This document shows positions 1-13,537 of a stretch of DNA of 64,000 nt, one piece after another. How positions within the stretch are numbered: the stretch's first letter is position 1; each line of letters starts with the position of its first letter. The stretch comes from Lingula anatina (taxonomy: Eukaryota; Animalia; Brachiopoda), in contig CM120646.1 in assembly GCA_051362555.1 (NCBI GenBank), positions 14,198,001-14,262,000 of the forward strand. Direction: 5' to 3'. The notes beneath the pieces are model-generated. The model was not told the origin of the DNA, ran no database searches, and saw only the letters and a program-made list of their open reading frames with translations. The position numbers and the translations under genes are program-made.

Positions 1-594
1 GCAAGTATTCTAGAAATGCCGGGGTGTTTTTATTTCATTTCCTGTTTTATTTCAACTTAATACACAAGAGAATGACACACACATAAATAATATATTACAG
101 TACATAAAGATGGTACAAAATAATCTTAGCAATATAATCTTATGACAAAATTAATTTGAAGGAAACCTTTTTCTTATAAAAATTAACTTCAGACATCTCA
201 TTTTTACATATCTGGTAGTCGGTACAGATGATGTTTGCGATTTATTTCGTTTGTACAACTGGGTTCATCGGTGTATCGACCAGTAAGCTTTTTTTTTTGT
301 ACTGTTTAGAATATCATCCAGGAATCAGATCCAGGCGGGATTTTTCAGAGCAAGTTCTGAATGTTTAAGGCACCTGTTGGATTGCCTCCAAGTTCGTGGT
401 CTCAACCGCTAGTGAGCAAAATTGATATCATTCTCAGCACCTTGTGCTGTTATGCATAAAAAGTTCCATAAATGAAATGTATTTGACAGTAAATTGGCAA
501 AAAAAAAAAAAAAAAATCTTCGTGAAGTTAAATCCTGATTTCGCTCCGGCTTTCGCCATCAATATTTTTCAGGTAAAATATCGGTCTGAAAATA

Positions 595-641
<47 letters not shown>
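595..641. repeat. (TAAA)n microsatellite
   Basis: Direct reading of tandem TAAA units. Confidence 0.95.
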
Positions 642-865
642 AGCATTAGACATTTTGTTGAACAGTGTTATATTGGTCACTTTCAAATGTGTCTAAATCC
701 GAAGTTATTTTTTAAAATATAATCATTTGTTTCATGTTTAGCGTCACAATAATGAAACGGTTCACAAATCGTTTCTTTCAAATAAGATCTACATATATTG
801 TATGAAATAGCTACAGGTGTACTAACCTGAAAAGTAGTCAACCGATAACTTCGGTATGATGATAT

Positions 866-3591
866 TTATGGGCACAATCGCCGGAACTCGTCCCTGAGAG
901 CGGTCCTAGACCTGCCAAATAAGCATCTATCTGGAGGAGAGACGACAGCTGTAAAAGAAATGAAATGATATATTGCCTGGTTTGCACACAAGAAAATGGA
1001 GGGGGGTGGGGGGGTATCGCAGCCCTGTACCATATATTTACAGAAATTGCAAGGCTCAGGAGATAATAACGGCAATAGGTACAATTCAGATAAACCAGTA
1101 CTTAAACATTTTTATCATCTTAAATATTTGAATTGGGAATTATAAGAAGCTTTACAGGACATATGATGTTGGGGATTTTTAAACGCGTGGAGAGTACTTT
1201 AAATTGACTGAGGATAAGATTTCTACACACCTGGTGTATTACAGGAATCAGGCCCTTCTGCAAAATGTTTCTTTTTGTCCACTAACGTTTCTGAGCTCTT
1301 CAGTTTATAACAGAAGCATGGGAACTTTTTCTTGTAGATCTCAAATTTGATGTTGAGTTTGTAGAACAGTTTGTTCCCATCTGGTCCTGGCTTGCCGTCA
1401 TCATACATAGAGTTGTATCTGTAACAAAACAAGTTATTGATTAGATATGATATTTATGTAAGGAACGTATTAAATTGACTTAAAGTAGAAAGGAAACATG
1501 ATAAATGAATGAAAAGCTATATAGACAAATAAATAAATAAATAATGATAATTTTAAAAAATGGGATAGTAGAACTGCTTTGAGTTTAAACTTAACTCTTC
1601 CAAACATTACCTATGTAAAATTTATCTTAACCTATGCGTAAATGTAGACATCATTGTTAATGAAATTTTGTACCTGTAGGGACGTGCGAAAGAAAATAAA
1701 CATGGACTCGTGAAATGGGCTTGCAGACCAAAGCAAGACTTCAGCAAATAAGTCAAATAAAAAGTAAACACAGTTATCCATTATAGGCTAATCATTCATC
1801 CTCATGATGAATTTGGGATCATAAAGCAATGTAAACGCACCTGTTTCGCTGTAATGGGTTGTTTCGTGGTTTAGTACAGTCGTATCTGAGGAGAAAATCG
1901 AACTTCAGTTTAGCTTTGGCTACGCGCAGTCCGATCACTCTGACTGCAGCAGAGGCGACCTCTGTGGTCGACTGCATCTTCAGTACGCCCTCAGTCTCTC
2001 TGTTGTCAATGGGTATCTCAATAGGCTTTAGTTTGATCTACAGATACAAAAATATGTTTATTGTTAATGATTGCTTTTTAAAATCTAAATCTAAATACAT
2101 AAAGACAGATTGAACGAAAATTTAATGATGCACAGACAATTTAAGTTCACGTAAGGTATTTGACTGTAGTCTATCTATTTGCCACGTAATTCTATAAAAT
2201 CCCTTATTTTTAATACAAAGCGTAAAGTCCGCAGAGAGATTTCTACGTTAAGATTTCTGACCACCAATCCTGAATGTTCCATTAGTGCATTATCCATCGA
2301 ATAGTTAACAACAGTGTCCGTATTTCGAACCTATTTGTAATTTTCACCCTTGACTAAAGTTGCACGGTTCCGGACAAATTGTACGAAGTATAAGAATAAT
2401 AATAATAATGATAATAATTATCTATATATTATAGTATCACCTTTTTCAAAAGCCACGACTTAACAATCATAATATCATATAGTATAAACCCCATTCTTAC
2501 TTTCAATAGTCTTGCAATGCCGCTTAGTCGAAAGTCGGCGTCCAGATCAATGCGGATCTTCCAAGGGTTCTTACAGAAGGTGAACTTTGCCCTCGGGTTT
2601 CTTACCAACCCCGAAGCTAACTGTGGAATGGCGCAGAAATCAGGACTCGCGCAACAATTCCCGGTACATCTAGTAGGCAAGCAGCTCAGAATCTGCATCA
2701 CTTGGTCCAGTGAGCCGAGGGCCTTGACGACGGCATCGGGGATGTTCCCCGTGCGCATTAGCCGTTCCACGCGCTGCCGAATTGCATTCACGTCGATCTC
2801 GCGCTTTTCTCGAACTGCTGAAATGAGAATCGATTTAACCTTTAAAAATAAATAAAACTTGTGCCTAGTGCCGTGACTGAGTATTTTTTTCGATCCTTGT
2901 GATATTGAAACAGTTTATTTCCATTATTTATCATTCAAATTTATTTCTTTATTTATTTTCTTTCTAACAGGAAGGTAATGAGGAATACGACTTATTTTTA
3001 GCGATGTCTTTTTTCAAGTAACTTTTAAGTCTTGATTGTGTTTTGTCAATATGAATAAAACAAATACAGACTGCCTAAACTTTGGGTTTATTGTAATTGC
3101 ACCTAACCTGACCCCTTATACCTCCAAAAATGTATCTTTCCAGCTGAGTCAAACACATACGCATTCTCCCGTTGTTGTTGTTTAAATTCTGAGTTGAGCC
3201 CTAAATGACCATCTATCTAGCTAGAGACATATCTGTGAATATCTGTAAAAAATCTATCACTCGCCCTGGTAGAGGGTATAAAAGAGACAACAGGTCGTAA
3301 GTAGCAACTTCTTCCTCACTTTGTTGATGGTAAAATCCTTTGTTCTTAAAGTCGAAAAATGCACTGCCATTTAAAATATATGCAGTTACGCTGTCTTCTT
3401 AATTGGAGAACAAAATGAATTTGAGGGAATTCAAGCATTCTATCTTTGATGTAATACCAACCCCACACCTTCTCAAAGGAATGGAATTCCAAACTTAAAA
3501 AGAAAATGAACATAAGCTTACCTAATTCTGATGCCGCGCTGATCGCAACTAAAGACGCAAGGCAAAGTAATATGCCACAGAAACGATCCAT
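866..3591 (-). CDS. Uncharacterised secreted cysteine-containing protein, ~284 aa, 5 exons (3591-3522, 2817-2501, 2037-1841, 1418-1231, 948-866)
   Basis: Signal peptide MDRFCGILLCLASLVAISA. All four introns are GT-AG with compatible phases (1,0,2,1), giving one open frame ending ...DEFRRLCP*. Furin-like REKR follows the signal peptide, and there are 12 Cys in the mature region. No family recognised. Confidence 0.85.
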
Positions 3592-3663
3592 CTTTTCTAC
3601 AGAGGTTTGTTGTCGTCTCTGCTGGACAACAGAAGAGAATAATGCGTTTATTGCCCCGCTCTT

Positions 3664-3671
3664 TATTTATA
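3664..3671 (-). promoter_or_regulatory. Candidate TATA box of the orphan secreted protein gene
   Basis: TATAAATA on the minus strand ~75 nt upstream of the ATG at 3591. Confidence 0.55.
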
Positions 3672-6415
3672 GTCTTCCCAATCCGGAAATATGCCAGGTG
3701 TAATAAATTTGAATTGTCCAACGGACAGGATGCAGCGCTTAGGTAGGGCTGTTAGGGTCCGGGTTTAGTGAGCCGCTAACGAGTTAGATCGGATTAAGTG
3801 TCTCAGAAACAAAAGCTCTGGTCTCGTCAACAGGTTGTTTTGTTGACCCTGAAGCCCTAGTTTTCGGCAACTTCCAGGATACGGTTATTGCGGACATAAG
3901 GAACGGCAGGACACTGTTAGTGTACATGTACCAAACACGAAAAAGAATAGTCATTCATAAGCTTAATTGCCACTTGGATATCAGATTTGTTCCTTATAAC
4001 GGCTAGCCAAAGGAAAGAAGGGGGAGGGGAGGGGTTATAAGGTGTCATTGGGAAGGTTTTTGATTGCCTTGTTTGTGTCTTTTTGAAAAACAAAAAGCGT
4101 GTTAGTCAACGTGAAATAAGAGAAATGACTGGTGCGTAAAAAAATGAACTTCTCTTACTCACTGTACACATCATTTAGACGGACCTAATATTTAAAAGCT
4201 TCTTTACCTGTCCTCTTTCAGTTACACCACAGCATTCTGGTCAGAATTTTCGTGAAATGGCTTATTATTTTTAATCACTCAGGGTCGTATATTGAAAAAA
4301 ATGGGGGGGGGGGGTGTCGGGAACCTCCCTATTGACCCCTGGCTTCATACTTAATTACTTTAAGTCACGTCCGACAAATTCAACTGACTCGGCGCATTCA
4401 GGATCAATTTTTACACTCAACGCAATCTGATAATGCAAGCTGACAAGTTGGTTACAAGTTTTCCCTCTACATCAATAATAATAATACAAATGTAGGTTAC
4501 AGCGACTATGCACTGTAAACACATGAAAAAAAAAACACTTCACTTTTATTCTTCTGCAAATTGTCCTGTCCCAATGTTTCTCCAACCCGACTCTACGGAT
4601 TGGTTCATGTGGATTATTAATCTAATATTAATCCTAAATTCAATCTTCGGATGAGGCAGGCTTTATACAGCGTACCCGATAAATATTACAGTACAAAATT
4701 TGTTGAAAGTATTAGGGAATAATGTGTAGGATTTTATAAGTATTACGAAGAATTCAATCCACTTAATCTACTTAAAACAAAAGTAAGTACCCCGTATTGT
4801 CCTGTAATGGAAATAATAAAAAATATTTATAGAAAGCTAAAAGTCGCAGAGAAGATTAACCAGGAAACACACAGCAAAAATGATATGAATCGACGTCCTG
4901 TTTCCTCATCTCGTTTCACATGTACCAGGGGTTACAACTACTTCGCCAGGTACTAGGTGGACCAGGCAGATAAATATCAAGTCAGATTTATGGAGGAACC
5001 GGGATAATTTTATGCGCCGTCCAGATTGGTCCATCTATCTCCGCACAACTACGACCAAAGAACGACTGACCACGCAAAAGAACATCACAAAATGCAGATG
5101 TACAATGTAACCACAATCGTCTCTGATAAAACATAGGGAGAACAAACATAGGGAGAACACTTGTCACCTTTGTTGAGAAAAAAATTTACGATTATCACAG
5201 GATCACTGACAGGTCAGTGTTTTGATAAAGGAGGTGTGAGTGTGTGTGTGTGTGTTTGGGGGGGGGGGGGGAGAAGGGGAACAAGGATTTTTTACCGAGG
5301 CGAATTTAAAACGACGGACAAGGTCAATTTGGCAGCTGTAGGGGATAGGGAAAGAAAAGTTGCTTGGTTTTGTCTCAGTTTGCTTGCTTTACTTCTTTTT
5401 TTTTCTCAGAAGCGAAGTGTGCGTGTGTGTGTGTGTGTGTGTGTATGTGGGGGGGAGGTTCACATAGCATAATGGACAGGTACGTGTACCCTGTATTGAC
5501 AGGTACTCCCTGACCACAGGATGCGCTAGCAGTCAGTTACAAAATTATTATAATTTAATCCTGAATGATATCTTAGAGACCTCTTATATCAAAGGGTAGG
5601 AGATGGGTCGTGCCGCGCAATATCTTACTCGCCAGCCCACAGTTTTACCGTAGTAACCTCACGAACGTGATCTTTGACCCATCATGACACGGTCCAAGTC
5701 GTGACACAAAGAGATGATGAATGCTGACGTCATCACCCCAAATTAGCGTGAGAAATACACCACCTGGATACATTCTAGAGACAGCTTAAGGATCAAGGAT
5801 GAACACCCTGGGTTTGGGAGATTAGAACAGAAATCGACTGATGCATACTGGTAGTTTTAGTCATCTCTAAAATAAATCGGGATGCTGCATTTGATATCGC
5901 TACCGGCAAATTTACTGGTTATAATTATTATTTTCATATTAAGATGAAAAACACTGATATATTATTAGTATTAAATAATATTATGGTATCAGCAGGACGT
6001 TATATTTGGGGTTGAAATGTTTTCACTTAGTTTGTGTAATTCTCAACACTCAGTAGTCCGTCCACGTTAAAGTAAATATATGCAATTTGTTGAAAAACAG
6101 AGAGAATTATGAGAACATTAAATGAGTAAATGAATAGATAAATAAATTATATATATGTGAGTCAATTATTCGATTTATAGATAAATGGATTGATAAATGC
6201 ATTATTATTTCGCCATGAATTGAAGAATGAATTAACCGCTTACCGAAAACTTTATTACCATGTGATAAATCGCACAAAATGAGAAGTCCAAATGACAAAT
6301 GACAATTGAAATGTGAAGTGTTCATCAATTTTAGGAAACATTAAAATGGAGATCTAAGAAATGCATGCTGTTCGGGAATTGCTCGAAACCGTGAAGCTGC
6401 TTCCAATCCACGGTT

Positions 6416-7946
6416 CTACAAGGCGGGCTCCGTGGGCTCAGCGGTAGGCTGGGGGCGAGGGCAGCGACGAGAAGGGCGCAGGGTAGGGTCGGCACATCTG
6501 GCTGTCATGAATGCGCATCTAGAATAAGACAAAAAGTCGCAAAGTTGTTAGAAAATGAACTCATGTCGATAATTATGACACTTTGAATGCTTTTTCAATA
6601 TCTATTTCCAGATGAAGTTTTTGTTTTTCCTTTTTTCGTATGCTTATTTTTTACTACTACCAAGTCACCACAATTTCTTCATTGGGTATTCATTTTAAAC
6701 AAAAGGTGGGAAAACAACGCAAAAGTGAACAAACATTTTAAAATCTCTCTCTTTACTTTGCAACACCAAAAGTCAAGCCAAGCCTTATATTTTTTTACAT
6801 TTTCATTTTTGATATCTTGTTCATCAACTACAAGGTTTATACTGTCCACTCACTTGCTGGTGTACACGTTGCCCTTCATGTCACAGATCCTGATATTGGC
6901 TTCGTTCATCTTATCTGGGCAACCCTCCTCCTTAATCTTCTGGCACACGTCCTCCAGGGATGGTTTGGTTGGGCGTGGCCCCCTGGTGGGCTTGGTCATG
7001 TTGCTGAACTGAGACAGGTCCCCCATGCAGTGTCTGATGTTTCTGTCCACGCGCAGGCTGGGGTTTTCACAGCGGGCGAGCATGAATTGGCACCTGCAAT
7101 ATTTACTCGCTGTATTAACATTTTTTTTTTTGCTTTTAATTTATGATAAACATAAACTCTTTAGTCACTACAGTGAAAATCAGTTAAGATAAAATACTGT
7201 AAATCACAAAATCCTTAAGAAGTGGTCTTTTAACCATATAAAAACAGAATCCCTGTAACGAGCCCCATAACTTTTCTTTTCACAGCTACGAGAAATGGCG
7301 TCACTTACTTGGAGGTGTACATTTGTTTGTCGGAGCCGCAGATTTTCAAAGTGTTCGCCTGGTTCACACTTTGGCATTTTTGGGCAATCATCTTACACCT
7401 CTCCTCAAGGGATGGTCGGGTGGGCTTTGGGGGTCTTGTCGGGAGCTCTTGGGCCAGGGCAACGCCTAACAGAGAGCAACAATACAATGTTACACATGTA
7501 ACTGGTATGGTATAATATTTCAATGTAAACTTACAGGGGTAGTGTATGTGGTATTATCGGGTAAAAACGGAATCCTGGAGTTCAGTTAAAAGTGTAAAAT
7601 AAGTAAATAGATAAAAAAAATAAATGAATAAAACAGAAAGAAGACGGTGGCTTCAGAACAATGTGAGTATTGTCGTCGTTAACGTATATACTGAAGGAGA
7701 TAACATGTATCTATTAAACAAAATTGAAAAAGAATCATTAAAATAAAAGAAATAAAAAAATTAAACACAATGAAAACGGTTGACTTTTTTTTTTTATCTA
7801 GGAGGATGTTTATAACCTTAGAAGTATATGAATATAAGTCACTCATTTCACAAATTTTGAATCTGCACTTCTCTGGTGAAAAACATGAAAATATATTGTT
7901 ATATAAACATACCTGCCAGGAAAAGAACTGCAATCAGGACCTTCAT
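6416..7946 (-). CDS. Secreted two-domain Kazal-type protease-inhibitor-like protein, ~177 aa, 4 exons (7946-7913, 7465-7309, 7093-6854, 6518-6416)
   Basis: Signal peptide MKVLIAVLFLAGVALA. Two 6-Cys repeats carry the Kazal signature (ICGSDKQMYTSKCQFMLARC; ICDMKGNVYTSKCAFMTARC), joined by Pro/Thr-rich linkers. GT-AG introns in phases 1,2,2. AATAAA on the minus strand at 6251-6256. Confidence 0.88.
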
Positions 7947-8013
7947 GTTTTTGGTTACGGCTTCACTGTAATAAATCTACATATAACAGCGATTTGTCTT
8001 TGGTCAAAGCGAA

Positions 8014-8021
8014 CTTATATA
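8014..8021 (-). promoter_or_regulatory. Candidate TATA box of the Kazal gene
   Basis: TATATAAG on the minus strand ~70 nt upstream of the ATG at 7946. Confidence 0.5.
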
Positions 8022-9184
8022 GGAGAACGGCCGGAAAAACACGCCAACGCTTCGCGAGATAATACATGCCGCCTGTTGCACAGATTAACCCACTCCTTTT
8101 CGTGCAGAACGTTCTCTGAAGGTCGTAGGAACGTGCGTGCGTTCTGCGTGATATACCACGAGCCTATACGTTAGTTGCGGAGTGTGCACGTATGTTGCTT
8201 ATATCATTTAAAAGCTTACGTGGGTCTATAAAGAAAGGATACCAAAAACTGCTTCACGTAAAGCAAGAGGCTTTTACAGAAAACAGCACCTGTGGCAAGC
8301 ATATAAAATCAGCCCAATAAAACAATACAAATCAGTTAAATCAATTTCACTAATTTGATAATAAACAAATGGAAATGTAAATAAAAAATGAGACTGCTAA
8401 AATGTAAAAAAATGTAATAATAAATAAATTGAATGATGTCAAAAAGAAAGGAAAAACACAACAGCGCTCCCTACTGGTGGCGACTTTGTGCATAGTGGCC
8501 AACCGTCATACCCAAGACACGACACTCTTAACTGTTTGTGCAGTGTGTGCGGGCTTATCTTATGTGTACATGTACTAATTCTGATATTTTAGTGTTCCAT
8601 GAAGTTCTTCTAAATTTTCTAACATTTATTTTCGTTTCCAAACGCAACTGTTAACAGCATGTAAAGAGTGCAAGTCAATTTATTAACAGTGGAACGTGCA
8701 CTGGTAGTCAGTAAAATACAGAATTAATTGTTGACCTGGAAAAGTCGGTGTGACCTAAAATCCGCCTGACGTTGAAGAAGATCGTCCCACGAGTTCTACA
8801 TATTGACCGATGGTTTGGTTGATAAATTGATTGGTTACGTGTTGGTAGGTTTATGCAATAGAATTAGGGAGTTACAGCTTAGGCTCGGGGAAGATGGCAT
8901 GTAGGCAGCGCATGCCTCTTACAACGGGTCACGGCCTACAGCCTGGGGTCTCTGATGACAAATTGTTCCACAAAATTACTTATTAAAATATATATTCTCA
9001 TGTGTAAAATAATTAATCTATTTATTAATGCATTATTTGTTGGTTTATTCGTCTATTTTCGCTTTTTATTTACTTCAACAAGTACGAACAGTACAGACAC
9101 TTCACTGTTTCGTGCATCTATGTAACTAGGTCCTTTGTTCGAAACGGACGGCTTCTTCATTTAGCCTTTTAGCCTTTGTGTCCG

Positions 9185-9226
9185 ACACACACACACACAC
9201 ACACACAGACGCGCACGCACACACAC

Positions 9227-9324
<98 letters not shown>

Positions 9325-9358
9325 GTGTATGTGTGCGTGTGTTTGTGTGTGAGAGAGA
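9185..9358. repeat. Compound microsatellite (CA)n-(GA)n-(TG)n
   Basis: Direct reading. Explains the spurious low-complexity ORFs 9169-9465 and 9178-9393. Confidence 0.95.
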
Positions 9359-9758
9359 TACAATGTACTTGGACTTTCTGTAGTCCCGTATGACTTCCTA
9401 CACAACGATCTGCCTAGTTTCAAGTTATCAGTTATCTCGGATGGGGCAAATTCACGTATACACATATTCCTCTGATCTACACTGCTTCAGTTTCACATTG
9501 GCTGAAAAGCATTATTTGCAAAAGCATTGATTGTGCTTGTTGAGATGAGAACAACTGCTGCAATTGACCATCTGCTAATGGATGTTGAATACAACCGTGG
9601 ACATACAGGAGACAACCCATAAACACGTACATATAGGGCCTTATATCAAGTCTATGTGCGTGTTTTCTAAGATTGTTCATTGACTGTAGGGACGCACGCA
9701 CACGCAAAGTTCATGTTTATTCTCGTATTCACTACAACAACACACAAAAAAGTCTTTT

Positions 9759-9972
9759 GGTGTATTCCCAGAGCTTTTAGGTCGATCTATCCCCGCGGGG
9801 AGTCTCACTAGATTACTGTCAGATAATCCGGCTTAAATGTCCGTCCCGCCTACTACAAGCTGTAAGGGGGTAATTAACTTTCGTGTCCGTTCGGCTGACA
9901 GCTATTTAGCGTGAACCCCCAGGGAGTTAGGTCGATATAAAGTAGATCGATCTAATCTCTGGAAATGGGGTC
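9759..9972. mobile_element. MITE-like non-autonomous DNA element, copy 1
   Basis: Subterminal inverted repeats (..TTCCCAGAGCTTTTAGGTCGATCTA / TAGATCGATCTAATCTCTGGAAA..). The core is homologous, in reverse orientation, to 22867-23092. Confidence 0.75.
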
Positions 9973-12244
9973 TTTGGGTTGGTCTGGACGGTGAATCCCC
10001 CCTCCAGGCACTCAATACATACTCACCTGCACAAGGGTAATGTATTTCGATCAGTTTTTTTTACGGCAAAAATTGTTTTGGGTGTCCGGCCTCACAGAAT
10101 TTTCGATTTATTTTTTTATGTTGAACATTTCTTTTTCTTTGATTCTAGTTAATTTTTGTGATAAAGAGAATAGTCATAAAGCTTTGACATTTTCCAATAC
10201 GATAGACAAATCAAGCGGTAAAACATGGGGAAATTGGCAGTCTATCTTGATTTCATATGCCATGTTGTTTTCGTGAAATTATAAATTCACTCACAAAAAG
10301 TAACCCTTTTAGGCAAAATAAAAGCAGCAAACCATTATTTACACACTGAGAAAAGCTGCCGTATTCCTGGCATATTCAAGAAATGCGAATATCCAGTGAA
10401 CTGTACGATGTGAAGGCACAATTCTTTCCCGTCTAATAGCATAGCAATGCGACAAATTACATCAGAAAACACAGCTTAATTGATTTAGTCGACGTGTGGC
10501 AAGGCCAGGAGAGTAATCAATTAAACCCTTTGTTAGGGCAGACAGACTGAAAAAAGAGAGAAAAAACTCGTTTGAAAAACCGCTGTAGGGATTTTCGGTT
10601 ATCAAACTCGTTTGTAATGTTATTGGCACACTGTCGTTCATGCTTCACAGAGTTCTATAACGTAACACTGTATTAATGTGAGTCACTGGCGTAAATGATA
10701 GAAATGCAGAAAGATATGCCGACAGAGAGAGAGAGAGAGAGAGAGAGCATGTGCGCGTACGTGACCGTACAAAACCCAAAGTTACGGAGATAAACTTTCG
10801 GAAACAAACGAATTTTGGTGAGAATCGTTTGCGTGTAAGCGGTAATTGACATTCCGAGAACAGGAAATTAACCCGTTGTTTTCATTGTGCTCAATAACGA
10901 ACCACAAGGTGGGCATTACACATACCATTGATACAGAACCTATGTTTTCGATGATAGTATCGGCTTTAATAATATAACCATCACACAATTATTTGCATAT
11001 GTAAAAAATATCCCCCACAAACTTATATTGATTATACACCATTTGAGGTACAGTAGGCGTTTAGCAGGAAAAATATTGTAGTTATGTTGAGTCAAATAAA
11101 ATGAGGTACATACATGTACAGTTTGTAGACATTGCAATTTAAATTAATGGATTATGATAACTTAAATAAACCTAAAAAGGGTACCCTGAGTGTCAGAGCA
11201 ACGTAAAAGCTAGCTTGTTAAATATACCTTGTGATGGAGTCGCTTTTACTAGTATTACGGTATTGCTGATATGGGTTATATATGAAATCAAGATCGAGCT
11301 GGCAATACCGGAATCTAGAACCTAGGGTAAAAAAGGGTATTTTACATGATATTTTATTAATGCGGTTTTGTGAATACGTTTTATATGGTTTTGGATATTC
11401 CTCCACCGACAATCAAGCGTATAAGATGTTTGCAGGAAAACGTTGATTGTTGGTCCCTTCTCGGAGGGAGAAACATCTGCTAAAATTAGTTTCAGTTTCT
11501 GTATGGAAATTCAATCAAATCATTAAAAGATCATTTTACACCAACATACAAAAAATGTCACCAAGTTTCAAAATATTATAACTGTTAAGTTTTTTTCTAT
11601 GCATTTTCTTGCGCAAACATCAATGGAAAATCCGCGCGATAAAATCCAGTCCTGCGCACGACACCTAAAATATCGATGTTTTGCATTATGCATTATATAT
11701 TTTCAACAATCCACAAAAAAGAAAAAACAACACAATGCTAGTAGACCACAAAATTTGTTTTAAGTTTGACACATAAAAACGTCTATCTTAATTCGAACTG
11801 ATCAATAGCTATAGAATAAATGCTTCAATAAAACGTAGCTGATTAAGAACATTAAAAAGAGACCGGTGTCGATAAACACCAGCTAATACATGGGTAGCCT
11901 CCTGCGCTAATACCAGTAAAACGTTTTCTACAGCTATAACACATGCACACTCACTCATCAAACACTTAATTCTAAAAACTAAAAATTTACAAAAAAAAAA
12001 AAAAAACAAAAAAAAAAAAAACAAAAAAAAAACAACAGTAAATGCAATCCATGAACTAACTGGACTTTGCTATTAAAATTCATACAGAATATTTTCACAG
12101 TAGATCTGGATAGAAGCCAAATGCTTCATTCAAATGATAAAATGAAATCTGCAGCTATTTTCAGTGGTCCTACATTTATATTCACTGACACATTCTGACG
12201 AACGTTTGAAAATACTGACAACGGTTTCATGGACATTCGTCCTT

Positions 12245-13537
12245 TTAGACACGACTTAAATTGGGACTTAGCCGACACGGACTTAATCTCGTTGACTCTG
12301 AAGCGTCTCCCAAGTTTAAATTATTTCTCGAGATGGCGGGGGAACGAGAGTGTGGCGTTATTATGTATCTACCTGTGCCTCCTTGAGACGAGTCATTATC
12401 ATTTTGTTGTCTGCATCGGAAACAATGTTTAGTCAGTTTTCCAAGCTCCCGTCTAAACCGATGTCCACTAACACAGTACAACAGAAAATTAACCGCATGA
12501 TTGGTATAGTTTAATATAAGTACAAATGCGTCAACTAGATCTGGGATCGGTTGGTATTTCTCTATGATAAGAACGACAAAGCTTGGGGTGGCGGTGATTA
12601 AAAACACAAAATTGACGGTCAATAACATATAGGTCATTGATCTTGTGGTCTCATGATTATTGACGTTAGCTCCCCCTTCCGTCGTGTCGCTGTATTTCTT
12701 GCCCGGCTGCTTATTACGCAAGCCGTTTTGGTGTATGACCGTTTTTTTTCTGAACTGGTCCGATTTTCGAAGGCTTCTCGATATGAAGAGATTCATAATT
12801 ATCATAGCCGTAAACGGCCCAGCTGCGTAGATACTGAGTGCGATCCAGGGCCAGGCCACCACCCAAAACTCCTTATGCTCCTCCAAAACGGTGCATTTCA
12901 GTTTTCCTGGGTAAATCTCCTCAACGCTCTGTGTGAAAAAGAGATGGACATTTTTGGCAATCATGATGGTCGTGCAGATGACCAGCGCCAGTTTGGCCCT
13001 ACCGACACTGCACCAGGTGACAGAACGGAAGGGAAATCGAATTGAGATAAATCTGCCCGTTGTTAAAGTCACCAGAAGCCAGGCGCCCAAGTCCTGACAG
13101 GTGTACAGGACAAAACGATGCGTCTTGCACATGGCGTCATGAAGTACCCGGATGTCAATGTCCCAGTATATTCTTATCAGATGTCGCGATAAGCCAAAGA
13201 TGAGTACTAAGGTGTCAACGACAGCAAGTGCCGCCAGGAGGTACCCCATCCACGTGTGGCGAACAAATGGCCGACGCATGACCAAGAAAGCAAGTATGTT
13301 CCCGATACATCCGAATATCAACAGTAGCAGGGGAATTATTCGCAGAATCCAATCTGCAACCTTTTTCTCCAAAGATGGATCTGTTGGATATGTTTGGGAT
13401 GTGTTGTCCGAAGAGTTATACAAGCTCGCCCCAGACATATATGTAGGCCTTAACATGTCTCCATATTCCCCAGTTACTGTAATATCAGTTGACCAATTCA
13501 CATTGGTTTCAGAAGTGAGATAATTGAAATTCGCCAT
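12245..13537 (-). CDS. Rhodopsin-class (class A) orphan GPCR, FMRFamide/peptide-receptor-like, 430 aa, single coding exon
   Basis: Seven hydrophobic segments. TM1 GCIGN, TM2 LAVVD, TM3 Cys and GRF at the DRY position, TM7 NHAVNFLLYC, helix 8 FRREL. N-terminal N-glycosylation sequons. Confidence 0.93.
   Translation of the reverse strand: MANFNYLTSETNVNWSTDITVTGEYGDMLRPTYMSGASLYNSSDNTSQTYPTDPSLEKKVADWILRIIPLLLLIFGCIGNILAFLVMRRPFVRHTWMGYLLAALAVVDTLVLIFGLSRHLIRIYWDIDIRVLHDAMCKTHRFVLYTCQDLGAWLLVTLTTGRFISIRFPFRSVTWCSVGRAKLALVICTTIMIAKNVHLFFTQSVEEIYPGKLKCTVLEEHKEFWVVAWPWIALSIYAAGPFTAMIIMNLFISRSLRKSDQFRKKTVIHQNGLRNKQPGKKYSDTTEGGANVNNHETTRSMTYMLLTVNFVFLITATPSFVVLIIEKYQPIPDLVDAFVLILNYTNHAVNFLLYCVSGHRFRRELGKLTKHCFRCRQQNDNDSSQGGTGRYIITPHSRSPAISRNNLNLGDASESTRLSPCRLSPNLSRV

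Noticed and set aside
2517-2855. 112-aa plus-strand ORF (and 1859-2113)
   Set aside because: Antisense to exons of the minus-strand secreted protein gene
12653-13523. Plus-strand ORFs of 130 and 123 aa
   Set aside because: Antisense shadows of the GPCR coding sequence with no independent features
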